Of a stretch of DNA of 64,000 bases, positions 42,681-54,641 are shown piece by piece. Source of the stretch: an uncultured Fibrobacteraceae bacterium (GTDB lineage: Bacteria; Krumholzibacteriota; Krumholzibacteriia; LZORAL124-64-63). Under the pieces are notes generated by a model that was not told the origin of the DNA, ran no database searches, and worked only from the letters and a program-made list of their open reading frames with translations. A program made the position numbers and the translations under genes. The stretch lies in the NCBI GenBank assembly GCA_964343835.1, contig CAYFKR010000009.1, positions 8,927 to 72,926 of the forward strand. Reading direction: 5' to 3'. The first letter of the stretch is position 1. Every line of letters starts with the position of its first letter.

Positions 42681-44537
42681 ATGATGTCAAGGAAACACGA
42701 CCACGACGACGACGCCCTGGAGCACAAGCTCGGGCTCCTGCCGCCGTCCCCCGGCGTGTACCTCCACAAGGACGCCCGGGGCAAGGTCCTGTACGTGGGC
42801 AAGGCCCTGCGCCTCAACCAGCGCGTCCGCTCGTATTTCCAGGATTCCAGCGACCATCCCCCCAGGATCAGGGACCTCGTAAACCGGGTCCACGACGTGG
42901 ATTACATCGTCACGGGCACCGAGCAGGAGGCCCTCGTCCTCGAGGACCAGCTCATCAAGGAGTACCGGCCCCGTTACAACGTCCGCCTCAAGGACGACAA
43001 GCGGTACCCGTACATCCGGATCAGCGTGCAGGAGCCCCTGCCGCGGGTGGAGGTCGTGCGCCGCATCGCCGACGACGGGGCCCGCTACTTCGGCCCCTTC
43101 ACCGCCGTCCGCGACATGCGCGAGACCCTGCAGCACGCCCTGCGGGCCTTCCAGGTGAGGACCTGCGGTCTGGACCTGCCCGGCGAGACCGTGCCGCGCC
43201 CCTGCCTGGACTACCAGATCGGCCGCTGTTCCGCCCCCTGCGTGGACCTGGACCCGCCCGAGAGCTACGGCCGTAAGGTGAAGGCCATGGTCCGGTTCCT
43301 CGAAGGGGCGGACGACAGCATCCTGGACGACATGCGCGCCGAGATGGACGAATACTCCGCCGCCTACCGCTACGAGGAGGCGGCCTCGGTCCGGGACCGC
43401 ATCGGGGTGCTGGAACGCACCATCGGCGGGCTGAGCCGCATCCACGGCCTGACCGACGACGTGGACGCCTGCGCCGTGGTCCGCGACGGCGCCGACGGCT
43501 GCGGCGTGGTCTTCCGCATCCGCGGCGGCCGGGTGCTCACCACCCATCATTTCCTGCTGGAGGACCGGCTGGAGAGTTCGCCCGAGCGGTTCATGGCCCA
43601 GCTCCTGCGCGAGTACTATCCGCGCGCCGGCGACATCCCGGCCCGCATCCTCGTTTCCCACGAGCCCGGCACCAAGGGGGAGTGGGAGGCCTGGCTCGCC
43701 TCCCTGCGCGGGCGGAAGGTCTCGCTGAACGTGCCGCAGCGCGGCCCCCGACGAGACGCCATGGAGATGGCCCTGGCCAACGCCGCCTGGAAGCTCAACG
43801 AGCGGCGCATGAAGGACGGCCGCGTGCGCAAGGTGTCGCCGGGGCGTGCCCGCGAGCTGCAGGACGCCCTGGACCTGCGCTCGGTGCCCGAGACCATCGA
43901 GTGCTTCGACATCTCCAACTTCCAGGGCCGCGAGACCGTGGCTTCGCTAGTCTACTTCCGCAACGGCAAGCCTTTCAAGTCACGCTACCGCCGCTTCCGG
44001 ATCCGCGACGTGGAGGGCGTGGACGACTTCGCCAGCATGCGCGAGGTACTGCACCGCTACTACACGCGCCTCCAGGAGAAGGAGCTGCCGCCGGCGGACC
44101 TGGTCATGGTGGACGGCGGGGCCGGCCAGCTCTCGGCAGCCCGGACCACCCTCACGGAGCTCGGGCTCCACGAGGTGGAGCTCATCGGACTGGCCAAGCG
44201 CGAGGAGGAGATCCATCGCGAGCGGGGCCTCGACCCGGTGCGCCTGCCCCGGACCAGCCCTGCGCTCCAGCTGCTGCAGCAGGTGCGCGACGAGGCCCAC
44301 CGCTTCGCCATCACCTACCACCGGCTGCTGCGCGACAAGCGGACGACCCACTCGGTGCTGGACAACATCCCCGGCATCGGACGGGTCAAGAAGCTGAGCC
44401 TGTTGCACCACTTCGATTCGGTGGACGCCGTGCGGCAGGCCTCGGCCGAGGAGCTGTCGGAGGTGCGGGGGGTGTCCGCGGCCGACGCCCAGCGCATCAT
44501 CGCCTATTTCGCGGCGGAAGGGAGCGGAGGCGCATGA
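42681..44537 (+). CDS. uvrC: Excinuclease ABC subunit C
   Basis: GIY-YIG (GVYLHKDARGKVLYVGKA), UVR domain, RNase H-like domain, C-terminal HhH. Confidence 0.92.
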   Translation: MMSRKHDHDDDALEHKLGLLPPSPGVYLHKDARGKVLYVGKALRLNQRVRSYFQDSSDHPPRIRDLVNRVHDVDYIVTGTEQEALVLEDQLIKEYRPRYNVRLKDDKRYPYIRISVQEPLPRVEVVRRIADDGARYFGPFTAVRDMRETLQHALRAFQVRTCGLDLPGETVPRPCLDYQIGRCSAPCVDLDPPESYGRKVKAMVRFLEGADDSILDDMRAEMDEYSAAYRYEEAASVRDRIGVLERTIGGLSRIHGLTDDVDACAVVRDGADGCGVVFRIRGGRVLTTHHFLLEDRLESSPERFMAQLLREYYPRAGDIPARILVSHEPGTKGEWEAWLASLRGRKVSLNVPQRGPRRDAMEMALANAAWKLNERRMKDGRVRKVSPGRARELQDALDLRSVPETIECFDISNFQGRETVASLVYFRNGKPFKSRYRRFRIRDVEGVDDFASMREVLHRYYTRLQEKELPPADLVMVDGGAGQLSAARTTLTELGLHEVELIGLAKREEEIHRERGLDPVRLPRTSPALQLLQQVRDEAHRFAITYHRLLRDKRTTHSVLDNIPGIGRVKKLSLLHHFDSVDAVRQASAEELSEVRGVSAADAQRIIAYFAAEGSGGA

Positions 44538-45436
44538 ACCGCTGGGACGGAGCCGTCGACGCCTTCCTGGCCCACACCGCGGCCGAGAAGGGTCTCGCCG
44601 ACGCCACGCGCAAGGCCTACGCCCACGACCTCGACCGCCTGCGCCGCTGGGCCGAAGCCGCCGACCGTACCGGTCCCCAGGACGTGTCGCCCGCCGACCT
44701 CCGGGCCTTCCTGATCCGCACCGCGCAGGACCTGTCCGCCCGCTCCAGGGCCCGCCTGGTCTCGACCCTCCGCTCCTTCTACGGCTTCCTCGCCGCCGAG
44801 GGCGACGTCTCGTCCGACCCGACCCTGCTGATCCTGGCGCCCAAGGTCGGACGCAAGCTGCCCACGGTCCTGGGTCGCGAGCAGATCACCCGTCTGCTCG
44901 ACGCTCCGGATCCCGCCGCGAAGGGCGGCGCCCGCGACCGCGTGATCGTGGAGCTCCTCTACGGCTGCGGCCTGCGCGTGAGCGAGCTCTGCGGCCTCGA
45001 CCTGACCGACCTCGACGAGCGCGAGGCCCTGCTGCGGGTCCGCGGCAAGGGGAGCAAGGAGCGCATCGTACCGGTGGGCGACCCCGCTCTCGCCGCCATC
45101 CGCGACTGGTGCGCGGGGGAGAGGGGCGACTTCCTTGGCAAGCGCCCCTCGCCGGCCCTGCTGCTCAACCAGCGGGGAGGCCGGCTCAGCCGCGTGTCGG
45201 TGTGGAACCGGTTGAAGGCTCTGGCGCGGGCCGCGGACCTGGCCGACACGGTCACCCCCCACACCCTGCGCCACACCTACGCCACCCATCTGCTGGAAGG
45301 CGGGGCGGATCTGCGCGTCGTGCAGGAACTGTTGGGTCACGCCTCCATCGGCACCACCGAGATCTACACCCACGTGGACAGGGCGTATCTGGCCGAGGCC
45401 TATCGGTCCGCCCATCCCCGGGCCCGCCGACGCTGA
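44534..45436 (+). CDS. xerD: Tyrosine site-specific recombinase, XerD-like
   Basis: [39 protein letters not shown]; ATGA overlap with uvrC. Confidence 0.7.
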   Translation: MNRWDGAVDAFLAHTAAEKGLADATRKAYAHDLDRLRRWAEAADRTGPQDVSPADLRAFLIRTAQDLSARSRARLVSTLRSFYGFLAAEGDVSSDPTLLILAPKVGRKLPTVLGREQITRLLDAPDPAAKGGARDRVIVELLYGCGLRVSELCGLDLTDLDEREALLRVRGKGSKERIVPVGDPALAAIRDWCAGERGDFLGKRPSPALLLNQRGGRLSRVSVWNRLKALARAADLADTVTPHTLRHTYATHLLEGGADLRVVQELLGHASIGTTEIYTHVDRAYLAEAYRSAHPRARRR

Positions 45437-45465
45437 CGGGTCCTCGCCACGCGGCAGGGGCTGCT

Positions 45466-45494
45466 TTGACACCGCCCCGCGGCGATGGTACTGT
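45466..45494 (+). promoter_or_regulatory. Candidate sigma-70 promoter for trpS (TTGACA-N17-TACTGT)
   Basis: Perfect -35, 17-nt spacer, TAnnnT -10. Confidence 0.4.
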
Positions 45495-45546
45495 TCACCG
45501 TCATCATCCACCCACCCGAGCGTACGATCCCGAGGACGGAACCGAC

Positions 45547-46530
45547 GTGACCAAGCCCATCATCCTGAGCGGGAACCGCCCCACCGGCCGGCTGCACTGG
45601 GGCAACTACACCGGCGCCCTCGAGAACTGGGTGCGCCTGCAGGACGACTACGACTGCTACTTCATGGTGGCCGACTGGCACGTGCTGACCACGGCCCTGG
45701 ACAAGGCCGCCGAGATCCGCGGCAACAGCCGCGAGATGATCCTCGACTGGCTCGGCGCCGGCCTCGACCCCGAGCGCTCGGTGCTGTTCATCCAGTCGGA
45801 GATCAAGGAGCACGCGGAGCTCTACCTGCTCTTCTGCATGATGATCTCCATGGGCCGCCTGGAGCGGAACCCGACGTTCAAGGAGCAGATCCGCGACCTC
45901 AACATGCAGGGCGAGATCAGCTTCGGTCACCTGGGCTACCCCGTGCTGCAGGCAGCGGACATCATGGCCTACCGCGCCGACGCCGTGCCGGTGGGCGAGG
46001 ACCAGCTGCCCCATTTGGAGCTGACCCGCGAGATCGCGCGTCGCTTCAACCACCACTTCGGCGAGATCTTCCCGGAGCCCGAGGGCCTGGTCACCAAGTT
46101 CGGTCGCTTCCCCGGCACCGACGGCAAGCGCATGAGCAAGTCCCTGGGCAACACCATCGAGATCGCGGCGAGCCCCGAGGAGATCGCCGCGCAGCTGCGC
46201 ACCGCCTTCACCGATCCGAACCGCCTGCGCCGCACCGATCCGGGCGACCCTGAGATCTGCGCCATCCACACCTACTACAAGAAATTCCTGCCCGACGACG
46301 TCGAGGCCTGCGCCGAGGAATGCCGTGCGGCGACCCGCGGCTGCGTGGACTGCAAGAAGCAGCTGGTCGAGGGCGTCAACGCCCACTTCGAGCCGCTGCG
46401 CGAGCGTCGTCAGCACTACGTGGACAAGCCGGAGCTCGTGGACGAGATCATCGCCGAGGGCAACCGCCGCGCGCGGGCCGCCGCCGAGGCCACCCTCCAG
46501 GTGGCGCGTGACGCCCTGGGACTCTGGTAG
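45547..46530 (+). CDS. trpS: Tryptophan--tRNA ligase
   Basis: Class I aaRS HIGH-like (TGRLHWGNY) and KMSKS; GTG start. Confidence 0.9.
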   Translation: MTKPIILSGNRPTGRLHWGNYTGALENWVRLQDDYDCYFMVADWHVLTTALDKAAEIRGNSREMILDWLGAGLDPERSVLFIQSEIKEHAELYLLFCMMISMGRLERNPTFKEQIRDLNMQGEISFGHLGYPVLQAADIMAYRADAVPVGEDQLPHLELTREIARRFNHHFGEIFPEPEGLVTKFGRFPGTDGKRMSKSLGNTIEIAASPEEIAAQLRTAFTDPNRLRRTDPGDPEICAIHTYYKKFLPDDVEACAEECRAATRGCVDCKKQLVEGVNAHFEPLRERRQHYVDKPELVDEIIAEGNRRARAAAEATLQVARDALGLW

Positions 46531-46539
46531 GAGAGCACC

Positions 46540-47424
46540 GTGAGCGAGACACCCGACATCACGCCGGAGACCCCGCAGCCGCCGCTGCCCCACCCGGCCG
46601 ACTCCCCGCCGCCGGACCCCACCATCTCGGTGGACCTGCCGCCCGAGCTGGAATACTTCCGTACCAGCGAGGCGTACCGCGTGGAGCTCGACGAGTTCAA
46701 CGGCCCCCTGGACCTGCTGCTCTATCTCATCCAGAAGGACGAGATGGACATCTACGACATCCCCATCGGCCGCATCACCGAGCAGTACCTGGCCTACGTG
46801 GAGGTCATGGAGAAGCTGTCGCTGGACGTGGCCGGGGAGTTCATCGTGATGGCCGCCACCCTCATGCGCATCAAGGCACGCATGCTGCTGCCGGTACAGC
46901 CCGACGACGAGGAGATCGACGAGGAGGATCCGCGCGCCGAGCTGGTCCGTCGCCTCCTGGAATACAAGCGCTACAAGGAGATGGCCGAGAACCTGCGCAA
47001 GCTCGAGGACGAACGGACCCGCCTGCACGTGCGCAGCGCGAAGCCCGACAACCTTGAGGAGAACCAGGAGGAGCCCGAGCTCCGCGTGGGCCTGTTCGAC
47101 CTGCTCAACGCCCTGAGCGGCATCTTCGACCGCGTCAGCAAGGAGGCGGTCCACAACGTCCGGCGCGAGGTCTACACCGTCGAGCAGAAGGTCGACCTCA
47201 TCAGGACCCGCCTCGTCGACGAAGGCACCATCCGCTTCGACGAGCTCTTCAAGGACGACGCCATCAAGATGGAGGTCGTCGTGACCTTCGTGGCCATCCT
47301 CGAGCTGGCCAAGGGCCAGCAGATCCGCCTGACCCAGACCGACACCCACGGCCTGATCTGGGTCAGCGCCGCCGACACCGATCCCAAGGTCGCCGAGGCG
47401 GCCGCTGGAGGCACGCCGTCGTGA
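46540..47424 (+). CDS. scpA: Segregation and condensation protein A
   Basis: ScpA core (FNGPLDLLLYLIQKDEMDIYDIPIGRITEQYLAYV). Confidence 0.85.
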   Translation: MSETPDITPETPQPPLPHPADSPPPDPTISVDLPPELEYFRTSEAYRVELDEFNGPLDLLLYLIQKDEMDIYDIPIGRITEQYLAYVEVMEKLSLDVAGEFIVMAATLMRIKARMLLPVQPDDEEIDEEDPRAELVRRLLEYKRYKEMAENLRKLEDERTRLHVRSAKPDNLEENQEEPELRVGLFDLLNALSGIFDRVSKEAVHNVRREVYTVEQKVDLIRTRLVDEGTIRFDELFKDDAIKMEVVVTFVAILELAKGQQIRLTQTDTHGLIWVSAADTDPKVAEAAAGGTPS

Positions 47425-48182
47425 AGCACGATCTCGAAGCCCTGCTCTTCGCCACCGACTCGCCACTGACGGCGGCGCGGCTCAAGCCCATCCTGGAGCT
47501 CGGGTCCAAGGAGATCCGCGAGCTGGTGGACGAACTCAACGCCGAGTACGAGGCCCAGGAGCGCGCGTTCTCCATCGTGGAGTTCGGGGGAGGGTGGCAG
47601 CTCGCGAGCCGTCCCGAGTACATGGCCATGATCCAGAAGCTCTACAAGGGTCGTCGCTACGTGCGGCTGTCCAAGGCGGCCCTGGAGGTGCTGGCCATCA
47701 TCGCGTACCGCCAGCCCGTCACGCGCATGGAGATCGAGGAGATCCGCGGCGTGCAGGTGAGCGGCGTGCTGCAGACCCTCACCGAGCGCAACCTGGTGAC
47801 GGTGGTGGGACGCAGCGAGGCCGTGGGCAACCCGATCCTCTACGGCACCACCCGCGAGTTCCTGAATCACATGGGCCTGAAGGGCCTGCACCAGCTGCCG
47901 CCCCTGCCCGAGCTCGAGGGCATCATGGGCGACCGCGACGAGATCAAGCGCTTCGCCGCCCAGCTGGGCGAGGAGATCGACGACTCCACCTTCGAGACCG
48001 TCCGCGTGGACGGCGAGCAGATCGTGGTGGTGGATACCTCCGCTGAAGAGTCACCGGTCGACGCCCCGGAAGGGGAGGAGACGTCTGGAGTTGCCGTGGA
48101 CGACGCCCCCGAGGACGCACCCGTCGAGTCGGCCGCCGCCGCCGGCGACGACTCCGGGCACACCCCCGATGACCCCCGCTGA
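47421..48182 (+). CDS. scpB: Segregation and condensation protein B
   Basis: ScpB winged-helix domains (LEALLFATDSPL...AYRQPVTRMEIEEIRGV). Confidence 0.85.
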   Translation: MKHDLEALLFATDSPLTAARLKPILELGSKEIRELVDELNAEYEAQERAFSIVEFGGGWQLASRPEYMAMIQKLYKGRRYVRLSKAALEVLAIIAYRQPVTRMEIEEIRGVQVSGVLQTLTERNLVTVVGRSEAVGNPILYGTTREFLNHMGLKGLHQLPPLPELEGIMGDRDEIKRFAAQLGEEIDDSTFETVRVDGEQIVVVDTSAEESPVDAPEGEETSGVAVDDAPEDAPVESAAAAGDDSGHTPDDPR

Positions 48183-48915
48183 CGAACTGCGCCTGAACCG
48201 CTTCCTCGCCCGCGCCGGCGTCGGCTCGCGCCGCGGCGTGGAGGAGCTGATCCGCGCCGGCCGCGTGGCCGTGGACGGGGAGACCGTCTCGGACCTGGGT
48301 CGTCGCGTCCCCGCCCGGGGGGCCGTCGTGACGGTGGACGGTCGCCCGGTGACCCTGCCGGAAACCTGGCGCGTCTTCGCTTTCCACAAGCCTGCGGGTG
48401 TCGTATCCTCCCTGCGCGGTCAGGGGGATGCACCCTGCCTCGCGGAGTTCCGCGAGCGCGCGGATCTGCCCGCGTCCGTCATTCCCGTCGGACGCCTTGA
48501 CGCCCCCACGACCGGCTTGCTCATTTGGACCGACGACGGCACCCTCGCCGAGGCGCTCATGCTGCCCCGGCGCAAGGTCTGGAAGCGCTACCGGCTGACC
48601 CTGGACCGGCCCCTCGACCCCACGCTGGTCGGGACGCTGACCGAAGGCCGCATCGAACTGGACGGCCGCCCCTGCCGACCCGCCCGCCTCGAGCCGGTCG
48701 GAACCGGCGGGACCGTCTGGACCATGTGGCTCTCCGAGGGTCGCAACCGGCAGATCCGGCGCATGATCCGGGCCGTCGGGCGCCGTGTGACGGACCTCCA
48801 CCGCGAGGCGGTGGGTCCGGTGGAACTGGACGACCTCGCGGCGGGCTCCTTCCGGGAGCTCGACGCCCCTGAGATCGACGCCTTGCGGGAGGCCCTGGGC
48901 CCCCCGGAGTCCTGA
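48169..48915 (+). CDS. Pseudouridine synthase (RsuA/RluB family) with S4 domain
   Basis: S4 (LRLNRFLARAGVGSRR) plus catalytic GRLD motif (VIPVGRLDAPTTGLLI); 14-nt overlap with scpB. Confidence 0.75.
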   Translation: MTPADELRLNRFLARAGVGSRRGVEELIRAGRVAVDGETVSDLGRRVPARGAVVTVDGRPVTLPETWRVFAFHKPAGVVSSLRGQGDAPCLAEFRERADLPASVIPVGRLDAPTTGLLIWTDDGTLAEALMLPRRKVWKRYRLTLDRPLDPTLVGTLTEGRIELDGRPCRPARLEPVGTGGTVWTMWLSEGRNRQIRRMIRAVGRRVTDLHREAVGPVELDDLAAGSFRELDAPEIDALREALGPPES

Positions 48916-48932
48916 TAGCCACGGAGGCAGCC

Positions 48933-50036
48933 ATGGATTTCGAGCGCCTGTTCCGACCCGGTATCCTCGCCACCAAGCCGTACACCCCGGGCAAGCCCGT
49001 CAGCGAGGTCCAGCGCGAGCTGGGCCTGGACGACATCGTCAAGCTGGCCAGCAACGAGAACCCCGAGGGGCCGCCCGCGGCCATCGTGGAGGCCGTCCGG
49101 GCCGCCGCCGCGGACCTGAACCGCTACCCCGACGGCTCCTGCTACGAGCTGACCCGGGCCCTCGCCGCCAAGCTCGGCGTGGAGACCGGCTCGATCCTCC
49201 TGGGCAACGGTTCCAACGAGGTCATCGACATGCTCATCCGCGCCCTGGTCTCGCCGGGGGAGAACGTGGTCTTCGGGCATCCGTCGTTCATCGTCTATCC
49301 GCTGTCCACCGGGATCCAGTTCGAGAGCGGCCGCGCCGTGCCCCTGGACGGGGACGACCGTCACGACCTGGGCGCGATGGCCGACGCCGTGGACGAGAAC
49401 ACCAAGCTCGTGATCGTCTGCAACCCGAACAACCCGACCGGCACCTACAACACGGCCGCCGAGTTCGCCGAGTTCATGAAGCGCATCCCGGAGCGCGTGA
49501 TCGTGGCCGTGGACGAGGCCTACTACGAGTACGTGTGGGCCGACGACTACCCGCAAACCATCCCCATGCTCGCCGACCACCCGAACCTGGTGATCTGCAG
49601 GACCTTCTCCAAGATCCACAGCATGGCGGGCCTGCGGGTGGGCTACGGCGTGGGCCATCCCGGCCTCATCGGCCAGCTCCACAAGACCCGCGAGCCCTTC
49701 AACGTGAACAGCCTGGCCCAGGCCGCCTGCCTCGCGGCCCTGGAGCTCGACGACGAGATCGCCGCCCGGGCCCGCCGCAACCAGGAGTGGCTGACGGAGC
49801 TCTCGGCCGGACTGGAGGCCCTGGGCCTCGAGGTCGTGCCCGCCCAGACCAACTTCATCCTCGTGCGCATCCCCGGGCGCAACGCCACCGAGGTCACCCA
49901 GGAGCTGCTGCACAAGGGCGTGATCGTGCGTCCCATGAACGCCTTCGGCCTGGGCGACGGCGCCATGCGCATCAGCGTGGGCCTGCCCGCGGAGAACGCC
50001 CGTTGCCTCGAGGCCCTGGGGGAGATCCTGGCGTGA
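48933..50036 (+). CDS. hisC: Histidinol-phosphate aminotransferase
   Basis: Class II aminotransferase, PLP-Lys region TFSKIHSMAGLRVGY. Confidence 0.85.
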   Translation: MDFERLFRPGILATKPYTPGKPVSEVQRELGLDDIVKLASNENPEGPPAAIVEAVRAAAADLNRYPDGSCYELTRALAAKLGVETGSILLGNGSNEVIDMLIRALVSPGENVVFGHPSFIVYPLSTGIQFESGRAVPLDGDDRHDLGAMADAVDENTKLVIVCNPNNPTGTYNTAAEFAEFMKRIPERVIVAVDEAYYEYVWADDYPQTIPMLADHPNLVICRTFSKIHSMAGLRVGYGVGHPGLIGQLHKTREPFNVNSLAQAACLAALELDDEIAARARRNQEWLTELSAGLEALGLEVVPAQTNFILVRIPGRNATEVTQELLHKGVIVRPMNAFGLGDGAMRISVGLPAENARCLEALGEILA

Positions 50037-50902
50037 TGGAACGCCCCGCACACGACCCTGCCTACGCCGGACTGGATCCGGACGCCCTGCGGCACACCCT
50101 GCGAACGGCTTCGTCGCCCCGTGTCGAAGTGCGTGTGGGCGACGTCGTCTTCGGAGGCGACCGGATCGTCCTGGCCGCCGGGCCGTGCTCCGTGGAGCCC
50201 ACCGGCACCCTGGCCGCCACGGCCGCCGGTGTGGCCGAGGCCGGCGCCTCCCTGCTCCGCGCCGGGGCGTACAAGCCCCGCACGTCCCCCTACGACTTCC
50301 AGGGACTCGGTCCTTCCGGCCTCGCCCTGCTGGCCGAGGCGCGCGAGGCCACGGGCCTGCCCGTGGTGACCGAGGTCCTCGATCCCCGCGACGTGGAGCG
50401 CGTGGCGTCAGTGGCCGACATGCTCCAGGTGGGCAGCCGCAACGTCCAGAACGTCCCCCTGCTCCGGGAAGTCGGCGCCTCGGGGATGCCGGTGCTGCTC
50501 AAGCGGGGCATGATGACCACCGTCTTCGAGTGGCTCTCCGCCGCGGAGTACGTGCTGGAGGCCGGGGAAGGAGACGTTCCCCTGGTGCTCTGCGAACGGG
50601 GCGTGCGCACCTTCGAGACCGCCTCGCGCAACACCCTGGACCTGAACGCCGTGAGCCTGCTGCGCGAGATCTGCCGCCTGCCCGTCATCGTGGACCCGAG
50701 CCACGCCGCCGGTCGGGCCGACCTCGTGCCCGCGCTGTCCCGCGCGGCCCTCGCCGCCGGCGCGGACGGCCTGCTCGTGGAGGTCCACGCCTCGCCCTCG
50801 GAAGCTTGGAGCGACGGCGCCCAGTCCCTCGACCTGCCGTCGTTCACCGCCCTCGCCCGCTCCTGCGGGCCGCTGGCCGAGGCCCTGGGGCGTTCCCTGT
50901 GA
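50036..50902 (+). CDS. 3-deoxy-7-phosphoheptulonate synthase (short AroA-Ibeta / KDO8PS-like type)
   Basis: 288 aa DAHPS/KDSA-fold protein (GPCSVE...GAYKPRTSPYDFQG...SRNVQN...IVDPSHA); 1-nt overlap with hisC. Confidence 0.7.
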   Translation: MERPAHDPAYAGLDPDALRHTLRTASSPRVEVRVGDVVFGGDRIVLAAGPCSVEPTGTLAATAAGVAEAGASLLRAGAYKPRTSPYDFQGLGPSGLALLAEAREATGLPVVTEVLDPRDVERVASVADMLQVGSRNVQNVPLLREVGASGMPVLLKRGMMTTVFEWLSAAEYVLEAGEGDVPLVLCERGVRTFETASRNTLDLNAVSLLREICRLPVIVDPSHAAGRADLVPALSRAALAAGADGLLVEVHASPSEAWSDGAQSLDLPSFTALARSCGPLAEALGRSL

Positions 50903-52365
50903 GTCGCGCCGCTTCCCCGTACTCGGTTCCCGCCGACACGGTGGTGGCCATCGACGGCCCCGCCGGCTCCGGCAAGTCCACCACCGCCCGCGCCCTCGCC
51001 GACCGTTTCGGCCTGCTCTACGTGGACACGGGCGCCATGTACCGGGCCCTGACCTGGGCCGCCCTGGACGGCGGCGTCCGCCCCGACGACGGCGAGGCCC
51101 TGGAGCGCCTGCTGGCCGACGCCGACCTCGAGCTCGACCCCGCCCGCCAGGAGACCCGCGTCCACTGGAACGGTCGCGACATCTCCGGGGAGATCCGCAC
51201 GCCAGGCGTGGAGTCGCAGGTCTCGGCCGTGGCCGCCCACCAGGGGGTGCGGGCCGCCATGGTGGAGCGCCAGCGCGCCTTCGCCCGCCGTCGCGGCGTG
51301 GTCATGGAGGGGCGCGACATCGGCACCGTGGTCTTTCCCCTGGCCACCGCGAAGATCTACCTGGACGCCAGCATCGAAGCCCGGGCCGAGCGCCGCCTGG
51401 CCCAGCACCGCAGGCGCGGCAACGAGATGTCCTTCGACCAGGTCGTGGCCGAGGTGGCTGCCCGGGACAAGCGCGACAGCGAGCGCGAGGAGAGCCCCCT
51501 GAGCATCCCGCCCGACGCCGTGGTGGTGGACAACAGCAACTTCTCGCTGGACGAGCAACTGGACCGGACCGCCGACGCGGTCATGGCCGTGCTGGCCGAG
51601 CGCGACACCGGTCCCCTGGACCCCGACTGCCCCACCGCCCGACCCGACTGGCGCTACCGCATCGCCTACGCCGTGTTCACGGCCCTGGCCCGCGCCTTCG
51701 GCCTGAAGATCGGGGGCCGGGAGTACGTGGAGACCTGCGAGGGCCAGATCGTGGCCTGCAACCACGTGAGCAACTGGGATCCCCCCATGCTGGGCGCCGC
51801 CCTCGCCGGCCTCGGCCACTACCGTTCGGTGGCCAAGGAGGAGCTCTTCAAGATCTGGCCCATGGGGCCCATGTTCCGGTTCCTCGACGCCATCCCCATC
51901 AAGCGCCGCGTCTTCGACGAAGGCGCCTTCCTGCAGGTGGAGCGCTTCCTGGGCGAGGGGCAGAACGTGGTCTTCTTCCCGGAAGGGACCCGCCGCGTGG
52001 TGGGGGAGCCCGGACCCGTGCGCACGGGCCTCGGCACCCTGATGCAGCGCTCAGGCGCCCCTGCCGTTCCCGCCTTCGTCCGGGGAACCCCCTGCCTCGA
52101 GACCCTCGGATCGCCGTCCACGCCCCTCGAGCTTGTCTTCGCCCCTCCGGTCCGCCTGAGGGCCCTGCCCACTCTCCGTGAGCGTCACGACGAGCGCGAA
52201 ATCAGCCGCCTGGTGGCCGCCCTCTTCGAGCAGATCTACCTGGAGATGCAGGCCCGCAGCCACGACCGCGCCCCCTTCTCCGAGGCCGAGCGGGAGCAGG
52301 CCGAGCGCATGCGCCCCCGGGTCGCCCGGAAGGACGCCCGCACCTTCCGGAATCGGGCCTCCTGA
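50899..52365 (+). CDS. cmk: Bifunctional cytidylate kinase / 1-acyl-sn-glycerol-3-phosphate acyltransferase fusion
   Basis: N-terminal Cmk (AIDGPAGSGKST...YVDTGAMYRA) fused in one continuous frame to a PlsC-type acyltransferase (NHVSNWDPP ... FPEGTR); GTG start overlapping the aroF stop. Confidence 0.75.
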   Translation: MSRAASPYSVPADTVVAIDGPAGSGKSTTARALADRFGLLYVDTGAMYRALTWAALDGGVRPDDGEALERLLADADLELDPARQETRVHWNGRDISGEIRTPGVESQVSAVAAHQGVRAAMVERQRAFARRRGVVMEGRDIGTVVFPLATAKIYLDASIEARAERRLAQHRRRGNEMSFDQVVAEVAARDKRDSEREESPLSIPPDAVVVDNSNFSLDEQLDRTADAVMAVLAERDTGPLDPDCPTARPDWRYRIAYAVFTALARAFGLKIGGREYVETCEGQIVACNHVSNWDPPMLGAALAGLGHYRSVAKEELFKIWPMGPMFRFLDAIPIKRRVFDEGAFLQVERFLGEGQNVVFFPEGTRRVVGEPGPVRTGLGTLMQRSGAPAVPAFVRGTPCLETLGSPSTPLELVFAPPVRLRALPTLRERHDEREISRLVAALFEQIYLEMQARSHDRAPFSEAEREQAERMRPRVARKDARTFRNRAS

Positions 52366-52389
52366 GCCGGAATTCGGGCCCGGATTCCC

Positions 52390-52418
52390 TTGCAACAGGA
52401 CCCGACGGGGTGTATATT
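52390..52418 (+). promoter_or_regulatory. Candidate sigma-70 promoter for rpsA (TTGCAA-N17-TATATT) followed by a structured 5'UTR hairpin (52428-52445) and AGGAGG RBS
   Basis: Strong match in the 112-nt cmk-rpsA intergenic region. Confidence 0.5.
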
Positions 52419-52476
52419 CGCCTGACGCCCGGCGTTCCCGCCGGGTGAATCTGCGTTATTAGGAGGAAAAAGTAAC

Positions 52477-54573
<2,097 letters not shown>

Positions 54574-54596
54574 TCCCGCCAGGGATCCGTGCGGCG

Positions 54597-54622
54597 AAGG
54601 GGTGGCTCGTCCACCCCTTTTC
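54597..54622 (+). terminator. Rho-independent terminator after rpsA
   Basis: AAGGGGTGG-ctcgt-CCACCCCTT followed by TT. Confidence 0.65.
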
Positions 54623-54641
54623 CGTCCCCGGAGGTGACGAC

